From an uncultured Staphylococcaceae bacterium (lineage in GTDB: Bacteria; Bacillota_I; Bacilli_A; RFN20; CAG-826): 64,000 nt of DNA. The stretch spans positions 34,426-98,425 of the forward strand of contig CAZZGL010000001.1 of NCBI GenBank assembly GCA_964654155.1. Reading direction: 5' to 3'. This document shows, one piece after another, positions 18,525-26,920 of this stretch. Numbering within the stretch: position 1 is the first letter of the stretch; every line of letters starts with the position of its first letter. Below the pieces are notes generated by a model, which worked only from the letters and a program-made list of their open reading frames with translations, was not told the origin of the DNA and searched no databases. A program made the position numbers and the translations under genes.

Positions 18525-18553
18525 AAATAGGAACTTGATGTTCCTATTTTTTT
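18525..18553 (+). terminator. Rho-independent terminator after rpsO
   Basis: AAATAGGAAC-TTGAT-GTTCCTATTT followed by a T-run. Confidence 0.8.
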
Positions 18554-18646
18554 ATTGCTTTAATATATAATTTTTTTAATTATATATTAATTTATAAAAC
18601 TATGTTATAATGGACAAGTAAATTAAATAAAGAGAGGTAAAGAATT

Positions 18647-20797
18647 ATGTCTAAAAGAGTTTTTGAACTAGACTTCGAAGGGAAAAAACTGATCGTTGAA
18701 GCAGGCGAAATAGCTAAACAAGCAGATGGTGCTGTTTTAGTTCGCTTGAATGATACCGTAGTTTTATCCACTGCCTGTGGTTCTGATCAGGCAAAAGATA
18801 CCGACTTCTTCCCACTTACTGTTTTATATAACGAAAAACAATATGCTGTGGGTAAGATTCCAGGTAGTTTTTTAAGAAGGGAAGGACGCCCTGGCGAACA
18901 CGCAACTTTAACTGCACGTTTAATCGATCGCCCAATTCGTCCTATGTTTTCAGAAGGATTTAGAAATGAAGTACAAATTGTTAACACAGTTATGTCAGTT
19001 GACTTAGACAGTACTCCAGAAATGACTGCAATGTTTGGTAGCTCACTTGCACTTGGAATTAGTGATATTCCATTTGATGGTCCAATCGCAGGTGTTTATG
19101 TTGGTCGTGTTAATGGTCAATTGATTATCAATCCTACTGTTGAAGAAAAAGAAAAAAGTGATATTAACTTAGCTGTTGCTGGAACTAAAGACGCTATTAA
19201 TATGGTTGAAGCAGGAGCGGAACAAGTTAGTGAAGATGATATGTTAGACGCTATCATGTTTGGACATGAGGCAATTAAAAAATTATGTGCTTTCCAAGAA
19301 GAAATTATTAAAGAAATTGGTAAAGAAAAAAGAACTGTTGATTTATATTCAGTTGATGAAAGTCTTAATAAAGCAATTCGTGATGCAGCTCAAGATCGTT
19401 TAGTAAAAGCTGTTTCTATCGTTGATAAATTAGAACGTTATGCTGCAATTGATGCGATTAAAGCCGAAGTTAATGAATACTATGAATCATTGACCTATAA
19501 AGATGAAAAAGAAAAGAATAAATTCATGATGCAAGTTCATGATGTTCTTGAAACAATTGTTGCAGAAGAGGTCCGTCGCTTAATTACTGAAGATAAAGTT
19601 AGACCAGATGGTCGTAAAGTTGATGAAATACGTCCTCTTGATGCTCAAGTTGATCTATTACCAAGAACACATGGTTCAGCAATGTTTACTCGTGGACAAA
19701 CACAAGTTATTTCTACATGTACATTAGGACCAACTACTGATGAACAAATTATTGATAATTTAACCGATGAAGAGTCAAAGAGATTTATGCATCACTATAA
19801 TTTCCCACCATTCTCAGTTGGCGAAGTTGGTAAAATGGGTTCACCAGGTCGACGTGAAATTGGCCATGGTGCTTTAGGTGAAAGAGCGTTATCTTATGTT
19901 ATTCCATCAGAAGAAGAATTCCCATATACAATTCGTTGTGTTTCTGAAGTTGTTGAATCAAATGGTAGTTCATCTCAAGCTTCTATTTGTGCTTCATGTA
20001 TGGCATTGATGGCAGCGGGTGTGCCAATTAAAGCTCCAGTTGCAGGCATTGCAATGGGATTAATTTCTAGTGGACCACTTGATGGAAATCATCCATATAC
20101 AATTTTAACTGATATTCAAGGTATGGAAGATCACTTTGGTGATATGGACTTTAAAGTTGCGGGTACAACAGAGGGTATAACTGCCTTACAAATGGATATT
20201 AAAATTAAGGGGATTACAAAAGAAGTTTTAAAAGAAGCTCTTGCTCAAGCTCATGTTGCTAGAATGGAAATTTTAAAAGTCATGTTATCCGCAATTGATA
20301 AACCACGTGAAGATGTTGGTAAATATGCTCCAAAACTTGCTCAAATGACTATCGATGTTGATAAGATTCGTGATGTTATTGGTACAGGTGGTAAAGTAAT
20401 TAATGATATTATTGCTCAATGTGATAATGTTAAAATTGATATTGAACAAGATGGAAGAGTAGTTATTTATCATATGGATAGAGAAACCATTAATAAAGCT
20501 GTTAGAATGATTGAAGATATTGTTCGTGAAGCTAAAGTTGGTGAAGTATATGAAGGAACAGTAGTGCGTATTGAAGCCTTTGGTTGCTTCGTTAACTTAT
20601 TCAATAATGTTGATGGTATGGTTCATGTTTCAAGATTATCTTGGAAACGTATTGAGCATCCAAAAGATTTTGTTAAAGTTGGTCAAAAACTTAAAGTCAT
20701 CGTTACAGAAATCGATGATAAGGGAAGAATTAATCTTTCTCATAAAGAATTTGAACCTAGACCAGAAGTAAAGAAAAAAGAAACTTCTGAAGAATAA
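18647..20797 (+). CDS. pnp: Polyribonucleotide nucleotidyltransferase (PNPase)
   Basis: 716 aa with two RNase PH-like domains plus KH and S1 domains ([18 protein letters not shown]); follows rpsO. Confidence 0.95.
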   Translation: MSKRVFELDFEGKKLIVEAGEIAKQADGAVLVRLNDTVVLSTACGSDQAKDTDFFPLTVLYNEKQYAVGKIPGSFLRREGRPGEHATLTARLIDRPIRPMFSEGFRNEVQIVNTVMSVDLDSTPEMTAMFGSSLALGISDIPFDGPIAGVYVGRVNGQLIINPTVEEKEKSDINLAVAGTKDAINMVEAGAEQVSEDDMLDAIMFGHEAIKKLCAFQEEIIKEIGKEKRTVDLYSVDESLNKAIRDAAQDRLVKAVSIVDKLERYAAIDAIKAEVNEYYESLTYKDEKEKNKFMMQVHDVLETIVAEEVRRLITEDKVRPDGRKVDEIRPLDAQVDLLPRTHGSAMFTRGQTQVISTCTLGPTTDEQIIDNLTDEESKRFMHHYNFPPFSVGEVGKMGSPGRREIGHGALGERALSYVIPSEEEFPYTIRCVSEVVESNGSSSQASICASCMALMAAGVPIKAPVAGIAMGLISSGPLDGNHPYTILTDIQGMEDHFGDMDFKVAGTTEGITALQMDIKIKGITKEVLKEALAQAHVARMEILKVMLSAIDKPREDVGKYAPKLAQMTIDVDKIRDVIGTGGKVINDIIAQCDNVKIDIEQDGRVVIYHMDRETINKAVRMIEDIVREAKVGEVYEGTVVRIEAFGCFVNLFNNVDGMVHVSRLSWKRIEHPKDFVKVGQKLKVIVTEIDDKGRINLSHKEFEPRPEVKKKETSEE

Positions 20798-20806
20798 AGA
20801 TTGTTT

Positions 20807-20842
20807 AAGAGGATGAAGCTGAATATAGCAATCCTCTTTTTT
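20807..20842 (+). terminator. Rho-independent terminator after pnp
   Basis: AAGAGGAT...ATCCTCTT stem followed by TTTT. Confidence 0.75.
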
Positions 20843-21051
20843 CTTTTCTTATAAAAAATGAACACATAAATGAAACTTGTATAAATTTTAAAGAATTTAT
20901 ATTAATGAGTTGTGGAATTTCAGTGGTATTAGGAATAATATGTTTTTTTATCATAATAATTATTCACATTATAAAAAAATAATATGATAAACATTTTTTA
21001 ATCACAACTTATAGGCTTTTATCATAGTTTATAATAGTGAGGCGATTATTT

Positions 21052-21897
21052 ATGCTAGGTAATTTAATATGTGCGATGGTAACTCCTTTTGATGATAATA
21101 ATGAGATAGATTATGAATGTGTACTAATGCTTATTAAAAGGATTGAAGAAAATAAAAATACCGCAATTGTTGTAGGAGGATCGACTGGAGAAGGTCATTC
21201 TTTATCTATTAAAGAAAAAGTAGAATTATTAAGTTATGTAAAAAAACATACAAAACTAAAAATAATTTACGCTATTTCACATAATAATTTAGATTTAATT
21301 AAAGAAGAAATAGAAACTGTTAAAGATTATAATCCGGATTGTTATTTAATAACGGTTCCGTTTTATAGTTTACCACCTCAAAGAGGAATATATCTTTTCT
21401 TTAAAGAAATAGCGCTTATTAGTAATAAACCAATTATTATATATAATGTTCCTTCAAGAATTGGAACAAGTATTAATTTTATGACATTAAGAAAATTGAT
21501 CAAGTCTTGTCCAAATATAATCGGCATAAAAGAAGCGAGTTCTGATATAAATTTAATTTCTTTATTAAAGAAAAACTTTCCAAAATTTATTTGTTATATA
21601 GGTAATGATGAACATTATTATGAAGCATTAAAAGCAGGTGCAGATGGTATTATTTCCGTAATGAGTGTTTTATATGGCAAGGAAATGCAAGAGTTATATA
21701 ATAATTTTAAAGAAGGATATCATCACTTATTACTAGATGATTACTTAAAATTAGTATCAAAATTATTAAAATTAGAAACTAATCCTCTACCAATAAAGTA
21801 CTTATTAAAAAAAGAAGGATTTCCTTCAATGAATTTACGTCTTCCATTAGTGGAATTATCGTTAGAATATCAACATCAAATCGACATGTTATTATAA
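21052..21897 (+). CDS. dapA: 4-hydroxy-tetrahydrodipicolinate synthase (DapA family)
   Basis: The start was moved to the ATG at 21052, which has GTGAGGCG upstream. Motifs are GSTGEG, YNVPSRIG (Tyr and Arg of the DapA active site) and the Schiff-base Lys in GIKEAS. Confidence 0.8.
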   Translation: MLGNLICAMVTPFDDNNEIDYECVLMLIKRIEENKNTAIVVGGSTGEGHSLSIKEKVELLSYVKKHTKLKIIYAISHNNLDLIKEEIETVKDYNPDCYLITVPFYSLPPQRGIYLFFKEIALISNKPIIIYNVPSRIGTSINFMTLRKLIKSCPNIIGIKEASSDINLISLLKKNFPKFICYIGNDEHYYEALKAGADGIISVMSVLYGKEMQELYNNFKEGYHHLLLDDYLKLVSKLLKLETNPLPIKYLLKKEGFPSMNLRLPLVELSLEYQHQIDMLL

Positions 21898-21955
21898 AGG
21901 CTTCTATAAATCATTTATTTTTGTTAAAATATAGAAGAAAAGTTGAGGAAAATAT

Positions 21956-23386
21956 ATGAATGATGTAATTATTATTGGTGCTGGTGTTTGTGGCTGCTTC
22001 ATAGCCCGTGATTTATCAAAGTATAAACTTAATATATTAGTTCTTGAAAAGGGTGATGATGTTGCAAGTGGCGCGACCATGGCTAATAGCGCAATTATAC
22101 ATTCTGGATATGATCCATTGCCATCTTCAAAAAAAGCCTATTTTAATGTCAAAGGTAATTTGATGTATGATAAGATTTGTGAAGAATTGGATGTTTCTTT
22201 TAAGCGAATTGGCTCTTTAACATTAGCGTTTTCTTTAGAAGAACTTGAAGTATTAAAAGATCTTCAAAAAAGAGGAAAAGAAAATGGTGTCGATTGTATT
22301 ATTTTAAACAAAGAAGAAGTTTTAAAGTTAGAACCATTAATTTCTAAGGAAGTTGTCGGTGCGTTAAAAGCTCCAACTGCAGGAATTATTAACCCCTTTG
22401 AATTATGTGCGCATTTAATGGAAAATGCATGCGATAATGGTGTTAGAATTAAATTAAATGAAGAAGTGATAGGAATTGAAAAGAATCAAGAATGCTATAA
22501 GGTTATAACGACATCCTCAGAGTATTATGCAAAAATAGTTATCAATGCTGCTGGAGTTCATGCAAGAGACATTACTTCATTTCTAGAAGAACCTGATTAT
22601 GAAGTTGAACCGCGAAAAGGGGAATATTTTGTCTTAAATCATTTTGATAATCAATTTTTAAATCATACACTTTTTACATTGCCATCAAAAAAAGGTAAAG
22701 GAGTTTTAATTTCGCCAACAACTTCGTGGAATTATTTAGTCGGTCCATCTAGTGAACCTAGTGAAAGAGATGATACTTCAACCGATGCTTCAACTTTAAA
22801 TAATATTTTAAATCAAGCATTAAAAATGATTCCAAATTTACCAATCAATGAATGCATTAGGGTGTTTTCAGGGGTAAGGCCAACAATTTCAAAACATGAT
22901 TTTTTAATTCGCGAAAGTGAAAAAAATCATTTGTTTTTTGAACTTGCTGGAGTGGAATCGCCAGGACTTGCCTCCGCACCAGCAATATCCGAATATGTTA
23001 TTTCTTTGATATCCAAACGAATTAATTTAGAAAAAAAAGATATGTATTCAATGTCAATTAGACCATATATCCATTTAAAATTACTTTCTTTTGAAGAAAA
23101 GAATCATTTAATAAAGGAAAATCCTTTGTATGGAAGGATTATTTGTCGTTGTGAACAAATTAGTGAACAAGAAATTAGAGACTTATTTACCCGTTCTTTT
23201 GTACCTACTTCAATAAAGGCAATTAAAAAAAGAGTACGGGCGGGATTTGGTAAATGCCAAGGAGGAATGTGTCAACCACTTGTAGTTAAAATATTACAAG
23301 AAGAATTAAAAATTAAACCAAATGAAGTTCGTTATGATGGTAAAACCTCAGAAATATTAAAATATGATTTAAAGGAGAACCGTTAG
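21956..23386 (+). CDS. FAD-dependent oxidoreductase, GlpA/glycerol-3-phosphate dehydrogenase-like, with C-terminal BFD-like [2Fe-2S] domain
   Basis: N-terminal dinucleotide fold IIIGAGVCGC, SGVRP motif, and C-terminal Cys pattern ICRCEQIS...GKCQGGMCQ. Confidence 0.75.
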   Translation: MNDVIIIGAGVCGCFIARDLSKYKLNILVLEKGDDVASGATMANSAIIHSGYDPLPSSKKAYFNVKGNLMYDKICEELDVSFKRIGSLTLAFSLEELEVLKDLQKRGKENGVDCIILNKEEVLKLEPLISKEVVGALKAPTAGIINPFELCAHLMENACDNGVRIKLNEEVIGIEKNQECYKVITTSSEYYAKIVINAAGVHARDITSFLEEPDYEVEPRKGEYFVLNHFDNQFLNHTLFTLPSKKGKGVLISPTTSWNYLVGPSSEPSERDDTSTDASTLNNILNQALKMIPNLPINECIRVFSGVRPTISKHDFLIRESEKNHLFFELAGVESPGLASAPAISEYVISLISKRINLEKKDMYSMSIRPYIHLKLLSFEEKNHLIKENPLYGRIICRCEQISEQEIRDLFTRSFVPTSIKAIKKRVRAGFGKCQGGMCQPLVVKILQEELKIKPNEVRYDGKTSEILKYDLKENR

Positions 23387-23387
23387 T

Positions 23388-24629
23388 ATGAAAAAAGATT
23401 TAGTAATAATTGGAGGCGGTTCTGCAGGCATGGCCGCGGCAATTTCCGCTTATGATAATGGAATAAAAGATATTTTAATTTTAGAAAAAGATAAAGCATT
23501 AGGAGGAATATTAAATCAATGTATTCATAATGGATTTGGTTTACATGAATTCAAAGAACAATTAAGTGGTCCTGAGTTTGCTCATCGTTTTATTCAGCAA
23601 GTTAAGGAAAAAAATATTGAATATAAATTAGATGTGACTGTTTTATCGATTTCAAAAGATCGTAAAGTAATCTTTTCTAGTAAAGAAGATGGAGTAGTTG
23701 AAATTGAAGCTAAAGCCATTATTTTTGCAGCCGGATGTTATGAAAGAAGTGCAGGCGCAATTAGGCTTCCTGGAGAAAGACCTAATGGAATATTTACCGC
23801 TGGAACAGTACAAAAATATTTAAATATTGATGGATATTTAGTTGGTAAAAAAGTATTTATTTTAGGTTCTGGCGATATAGGGCTAATCATGGCTAGAAGA
23901 ATGACTCTAGAAGGCGCAAAGGTTCTTGGCGTTGCGGAAATAATGCCATATTCAAATGGATTAAATAGAAATATTGTTCAATGTCTTCTCGATTATAATA
24001 TTCCATTATTCTTATCTCACACAATAAAAGATATTATTGGAAAAAAGCAATTAGAAAAAGTTGTAATTGCCCAAGTCGATGAAAACAATCAATTTATTGA
24101 AGGAACGGAAAAAGAATTTATTTGCGATACATTATTACTTTCAGTAGGATTAATTCCATCGAGTGATTTATTGATTAATGCAGGGGCAAAAGTGGATTAT
24201 AGAACTAAAAGTGTTTCTGTCAATCAGTATTATGAAACAACTATAAAAGGAATTTTTGCTTGTGGTAATGTCCTTCATGTTCATGATTTAGTCGATTATG
24301 TAACTGAAGAAAGTAAGATTGCTGGTTTAGGAGCGGCAAGATTCATACACAGTAAAGAATTCAATTCTTCTGAAGTTAATGTTGTTCCAGGCAATCTTAT
24401 TTCATATGTTGTTCCTCAAAGAGCGAAAATTAGTAAAGAAAAAGTTGTTTTTAAGTTTAGAGTTAGAAAACCTTTAGAAAATGTGACACTATTAATAAAA
24501 GTTGATGGAAAAACAATTAAAAAGATTAGAAAACCATTTATGATTCCTTCAGAAATGGAAAGAATTGTGTTTGATATGGAAACTATTAATGATAATAACA
24601 AAGAAATATTGATTGAAGTAGGTGAATGA
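23388..24629 (+). CDS. Pyridine nucleotide-disulfide family flavoprotein, partner subunit
   Basis: Two Rossmann motifs (VIIGGGSAGMAAA and ILGSGDIGLIMA); starts 1 nt after the preceding stop. Confidence 0.7.
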   Translation: MKKDLVIIGGGSAGMAAAISAYDNGIKDILILEKDKALGGILNQCIHNGFGLHEFKEQLSGPEFAHRFIQQVKEKNIEYKLDVTVLSISKDRKVIFSSKEDGVVEIEAKAIIFAAGCYERSAGAIRLPGERPNGIFTAGTVQKYLNIDGYLVGKKVFILGSGDIGLIMARRMTLEGAKVLGVAEIMPYSNGLNRNIVQCLLDYNIPLFLSHTIKDIIGKKQLEKVVIAQVDENNQFIEGTEKEFICDTLLLSVGLIPSSDLLINAGAKVDYRTKSVSVNQYYETTIKGIFACGNVLHVHDLVDYVTEESKIAGLGAARFIHSKEFNSSEVNVVPGNLISYVVPQRAKISKEKVVFKFRVRKPLENVTLLIKVDGKTIKKIRKPFMIPSEMERIVFDMETINDNNKEILIEVGE

Positions 24630-24632
24630 TAA

Positions 24633-24980
24633 ATGAAAGATTTTATTTGTATAGTTTGTCCACGAGGATGTCACTTAAAAGTAGATAATGAGGGAAAAGT
24701 TGAAGGTAATTTTTGTAAAAGAGGCGAAGCTTACGCAAAGCAAGAAGCGATTTGTCCTTTAAGAATAGTGACATCCACTGTTTCATTGGTTTCTAAAAGC
24801 GAGTTATCGCGTTTACCAGTTATATCAAGTCAAGAAGTACCAAAAGATAAAATATTCGATATTATGAAAGAACTATATAAAATTGAAGTTAATGCACCAA
24901 TTAAGGTTGGAGATATAATTATAAAAAACATATTGGATTTAGGAGTTGATATAATTTCCACTCGCGAAGTGCAAGAATAG
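24633..24980 (+). CDS. DUF1667-type small Cys-rich subunit
   Basis: CIVCPRGCHL...FCKRGEAY Cys motifs; 115 aa. It is the third member of a trio I recall as recurrent in Firmicutes and Thermococcales. Confidence 0.6.
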   Translation: MKDFICIVCPRGCHLKVDNEGKVEGNFCKRGEAYAKQEAICPLRIVTSTVSLVSKSELSRLPVISSQEVPKDKIFDIMKELYKIEVNAPIKVGDIIIKNILDLGVDIISTREVQE

Positions 24981-25005
24981 TATTGAAAAAAATAAATAAA
25001 CATAT

Positions 25006-25040
25006 ATAATTTATGTGAAAAAAGGAATTACATAAATTAT
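25006..25040 (+). terminator. AT-rich 11-bp hairpin between the DUF1667 gene and rnj
   Basis: ATAATTTATGT and ACATAAATTAT form a perfect 11-bp stem. The trailing T-run is weak, so the function (terminator or processing site) is uncertain. Confidence 0.35.
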
Positions 25041-25059
25041 TTATATAAATGGAGGAAAA

Positions 25060-26739
25060 ATGGAAAAAATAAAAGTGTTCGCTTTAGGCGGTCTTGATGA
25101 ATGTGGTAAAAATATGTATATCATCGAAGTTGGTGATGATTTATATGTTGTTGAAGCAGGTCATAAGTATCCAGATAAAACATCGCCAGGTGTTGATGTT
25201 ATCATTCCGGATTATAACTATTTATTAGAAAATAAAGATCGAATTCGTGGGGTTATTATTTCTCATGGTCATTCAGATCAAATGGGGGCGGTTGCGTATT
25301 TGTATAAAAATGGACAAATAAATGCACCGATATATGCCTCTTCTTTAACAATTGCCATTATTAAGATGCATACTAAAGCAGTGGGGATTGAAAATGATTA
25401 TCAATTTGTGGAAATAAAAGATGAGAATTCATATATAAAAATTGGAAATCACTATTTTAGATTTTTTAAAACTGCACATATGATTTCTGGATCATTAGGA
25501 TTTTCTTTAGAAACTGAGCAAGGTGCTATTGTGTACACAGGAGAATTTATTGTTGAATATAATAACTATCAAAAGTATAAATTAGACATTGGCACAATTG
25601 CTAAAATTGCCGAAGATAATGTACTTTTATTAATGACGGAATCTAGATATGCTGATCGCCCTGGTTATACTTCACCATCACATCGCTTGACGCCTTTGAT
25701 TCAAAAAGATTTTAAAGATGCAGTTGGAAGAACTTTTATTTGTTTATATGATTCAAATATTTATGGATTGAATGAAGCTTTAAAATTAGCAATTGACGCA
25801 AATAAAAAGATCATATTTTATGGTCAAGATACAAAAGAACTTATCAAAACATTAATTTCACTTGGAGAAATTGTTATTCCAAAAGCTAATTTGTTATCTG
25901 TTGATGATTTTTTTAGAGTAAAAGAGCAAGATATTGTTGTATTTATCTTAGGAAATAGAGATACATTATATAGTCAAATTGAAATGCTTGCTGCTGGTGA
26001 AGGTGACGATAAGAAAATTATTTTGTATGAAAATGATACTTTTATAATTGTAGCTCCACCTCAAATTGGAACTGAGGTTTATGCTGTTAGTGTGGTTGAT
26101 GATGTTTTTAGAACTGGTGCGCGTGTGATTAATATTTCAAAGAAAAAAATTTCTTCGATGCATGCTCAAGAAGAAGATATTAAAACTATGTTATCATTAT
26201 TAAAGCCAAAATACTATATGCCAGTTATGGGTGAATATCGACACATTTTAGCAAATGCAAAAGTTGCCGTTTCCGCTAATCAAGGATATTCACATTTAAA
26301 TACATTTGTTTTGGATAATGGAATGGTACTTAATTTTGAAAATGAGCGAGTTCTTCCAATTACTGAAAATATTAAAGTTGGAGATTTACTTGTAGATGGA
26401 AGTGGCGTTGGTGATGTTGGAGAAAGTGTTTTAACCGATCGTCAAAAACTTGCTGATGACGGAGTTATTTGTATGGCACTTACAATATCTTATTCGCAAA
26501 AGAAAGTTATTGCTGGACCTGATGTTCAAATGAGAGGTTTTGTTTTAGTTAAGGATTCGGAAGCGTTACTACATGATATAGCAGCTGAATTTGTTAATAT
26601 AGTTAACGATGAACTTCAAAGAGAACACCCAAATTTAGATGAAGCAAAACAAGATACTTATGAAAGAGCTTTAAGAATGGTTAGAAAATCTACCGGAAAA
26701 GATCCGATGATTCTACCTCTTGTCATAGAAGTAGAATAA
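25060..26739 (+). CDS. rnj: RNase J family protein (beta-CASP metallo-beta-lactamase) with non-canonical metal-ligand motifs; RNase J2-like
   Basis: Full-length collinearity with RNase J (VFALGGLDECGKNMY...DGSGVGDVG...PMILPLVIEV). Metal-ligand motifs deviate: SHGHSDQ instead of HGHEDH, YTGEF instead of TGDF, and PVMGEYRH instead of PIHGEYR. Confidence 0.85.
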   Translation: MEKIKVFALGGLDECGKNMYIIEVGDDLYVVEAGHKYPDKTSPGVDVIIPDYNYLLENKDRIRGVIISHGHSDQMGAVAYLYKNGQINAPIYASSLTIAIIKMHTKAVGIENDYQFVEIKDENSYIKIGNHYFRFFKTAHMISGSLGFSLETEQGAIVYTGEFIVEYNNYQKYKLDIGTIAKIAEDNVLLLMTESRYADRPGYTSPSHRLTPLIQKDFKDAVGRTFICLYDSNIYGLNEALKLAIDANKKIIFYGQDTKELIKTLISLGEIVIPKANLLSVDDFFRVKEQDIVVFILGNRDTLYSQIEMLAAGEGDDKKIILYENDTFIIVAPPQIGTEVYAVSVVDDVFRTGARVINISKKKISSMHAQEEDIKTMLSLLKPKYYMPVMGEYRHILANAKVAVSANQGYSHLNTFVLDNGMVLNFENERVLPITENIKVGDLLVDGSGVGDVGESVLTDRQKLADDGVICMALTISYSQKKVIAGPDVQMRGFVLVKDSEALLHDIAAEFVNIVNDELQREHPNLDEAKQDTYERALRMVRKSTGKDPMILPLVIEVE

Positions 26740-26756
26740 TTTTCTTAAAATATTAT

Positions 26757-26803
26757 GTCAGTTTAATACGAAATTTATAGATGTATTAGACTGACTTTTT
26801 TTT
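26757..26803 (+). terminator. Rho-independent terminator after rnj
   Basis: GTCAGTTTAATAC...GTATTAGACTGAC (13-bp stem with one mismatch) followed by TTTTTTTT. Confidence 0.8.
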
Positions 26804-26920
26804 AACAATTAAAATTGTAATATAAAAAATATTCTATTTTTTCTTTTATTGAATAATAGGAAAATAGATAGATTATGCTATAATTAATTGACAACAATAT
26901 TAGATGTAGGAGAAGAAGTT

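Noticed and set aside
20905-20982. A 25-codon hydrophobic mini-ORF (MSCGISVVLGIICFFIIIIIHIIKK) lies in the pnp-dapA spacer. It resembles a type I toxin or small membrane peptide. A similar one lies at 48338-48403 (MKNRAFFNVFKFIIIFLIFCK).
   Set aside because: Neither has a Shine-Dalgarno sequence. The Ile/Phe/Lys composition is what AT-rich non-coding DNA yields by chance, and no antisense RNA signature is evident. Neither is reported as a feature; ribosome profiling would be needed.
20846-21051. Possible lysine (L-box) riboswitch upstream of dapA.
   Set aside because: The region is almost pure AT. It lacks the conserved G-rich L-box core segments and any convincing multi-helix structure.
21052-21897. 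The DapA-family gene plus the adjacent multi-subunit flavoprotein could be a hydroxyproline or opine catabolic module, with a Pyr4H2C deaminase-like DHDPS homologue next to a heteromeric dehydrogenase.
   Set aside because: The protein keeps the DapA-type YNVPSR(T/I)G motif, with the Arg that binds aspartate semialdehyde, and the GSTGE and IKEAS motifs. A 58-nt gap with a possible promoter separates it from the trio. A spore former also needs DapA. It is kept only as a caveat in the finding.
26741-26770. ATATTATGT near the rnj terminator resembles the right half of the Firmicute dif site. This is notable because ftsK follows.
   Set aside because: The left half and the remaining right-arm positions do not match the 28-bp dif consensus when aligned. 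The similarity is limited to an AT-rich 9-mer.
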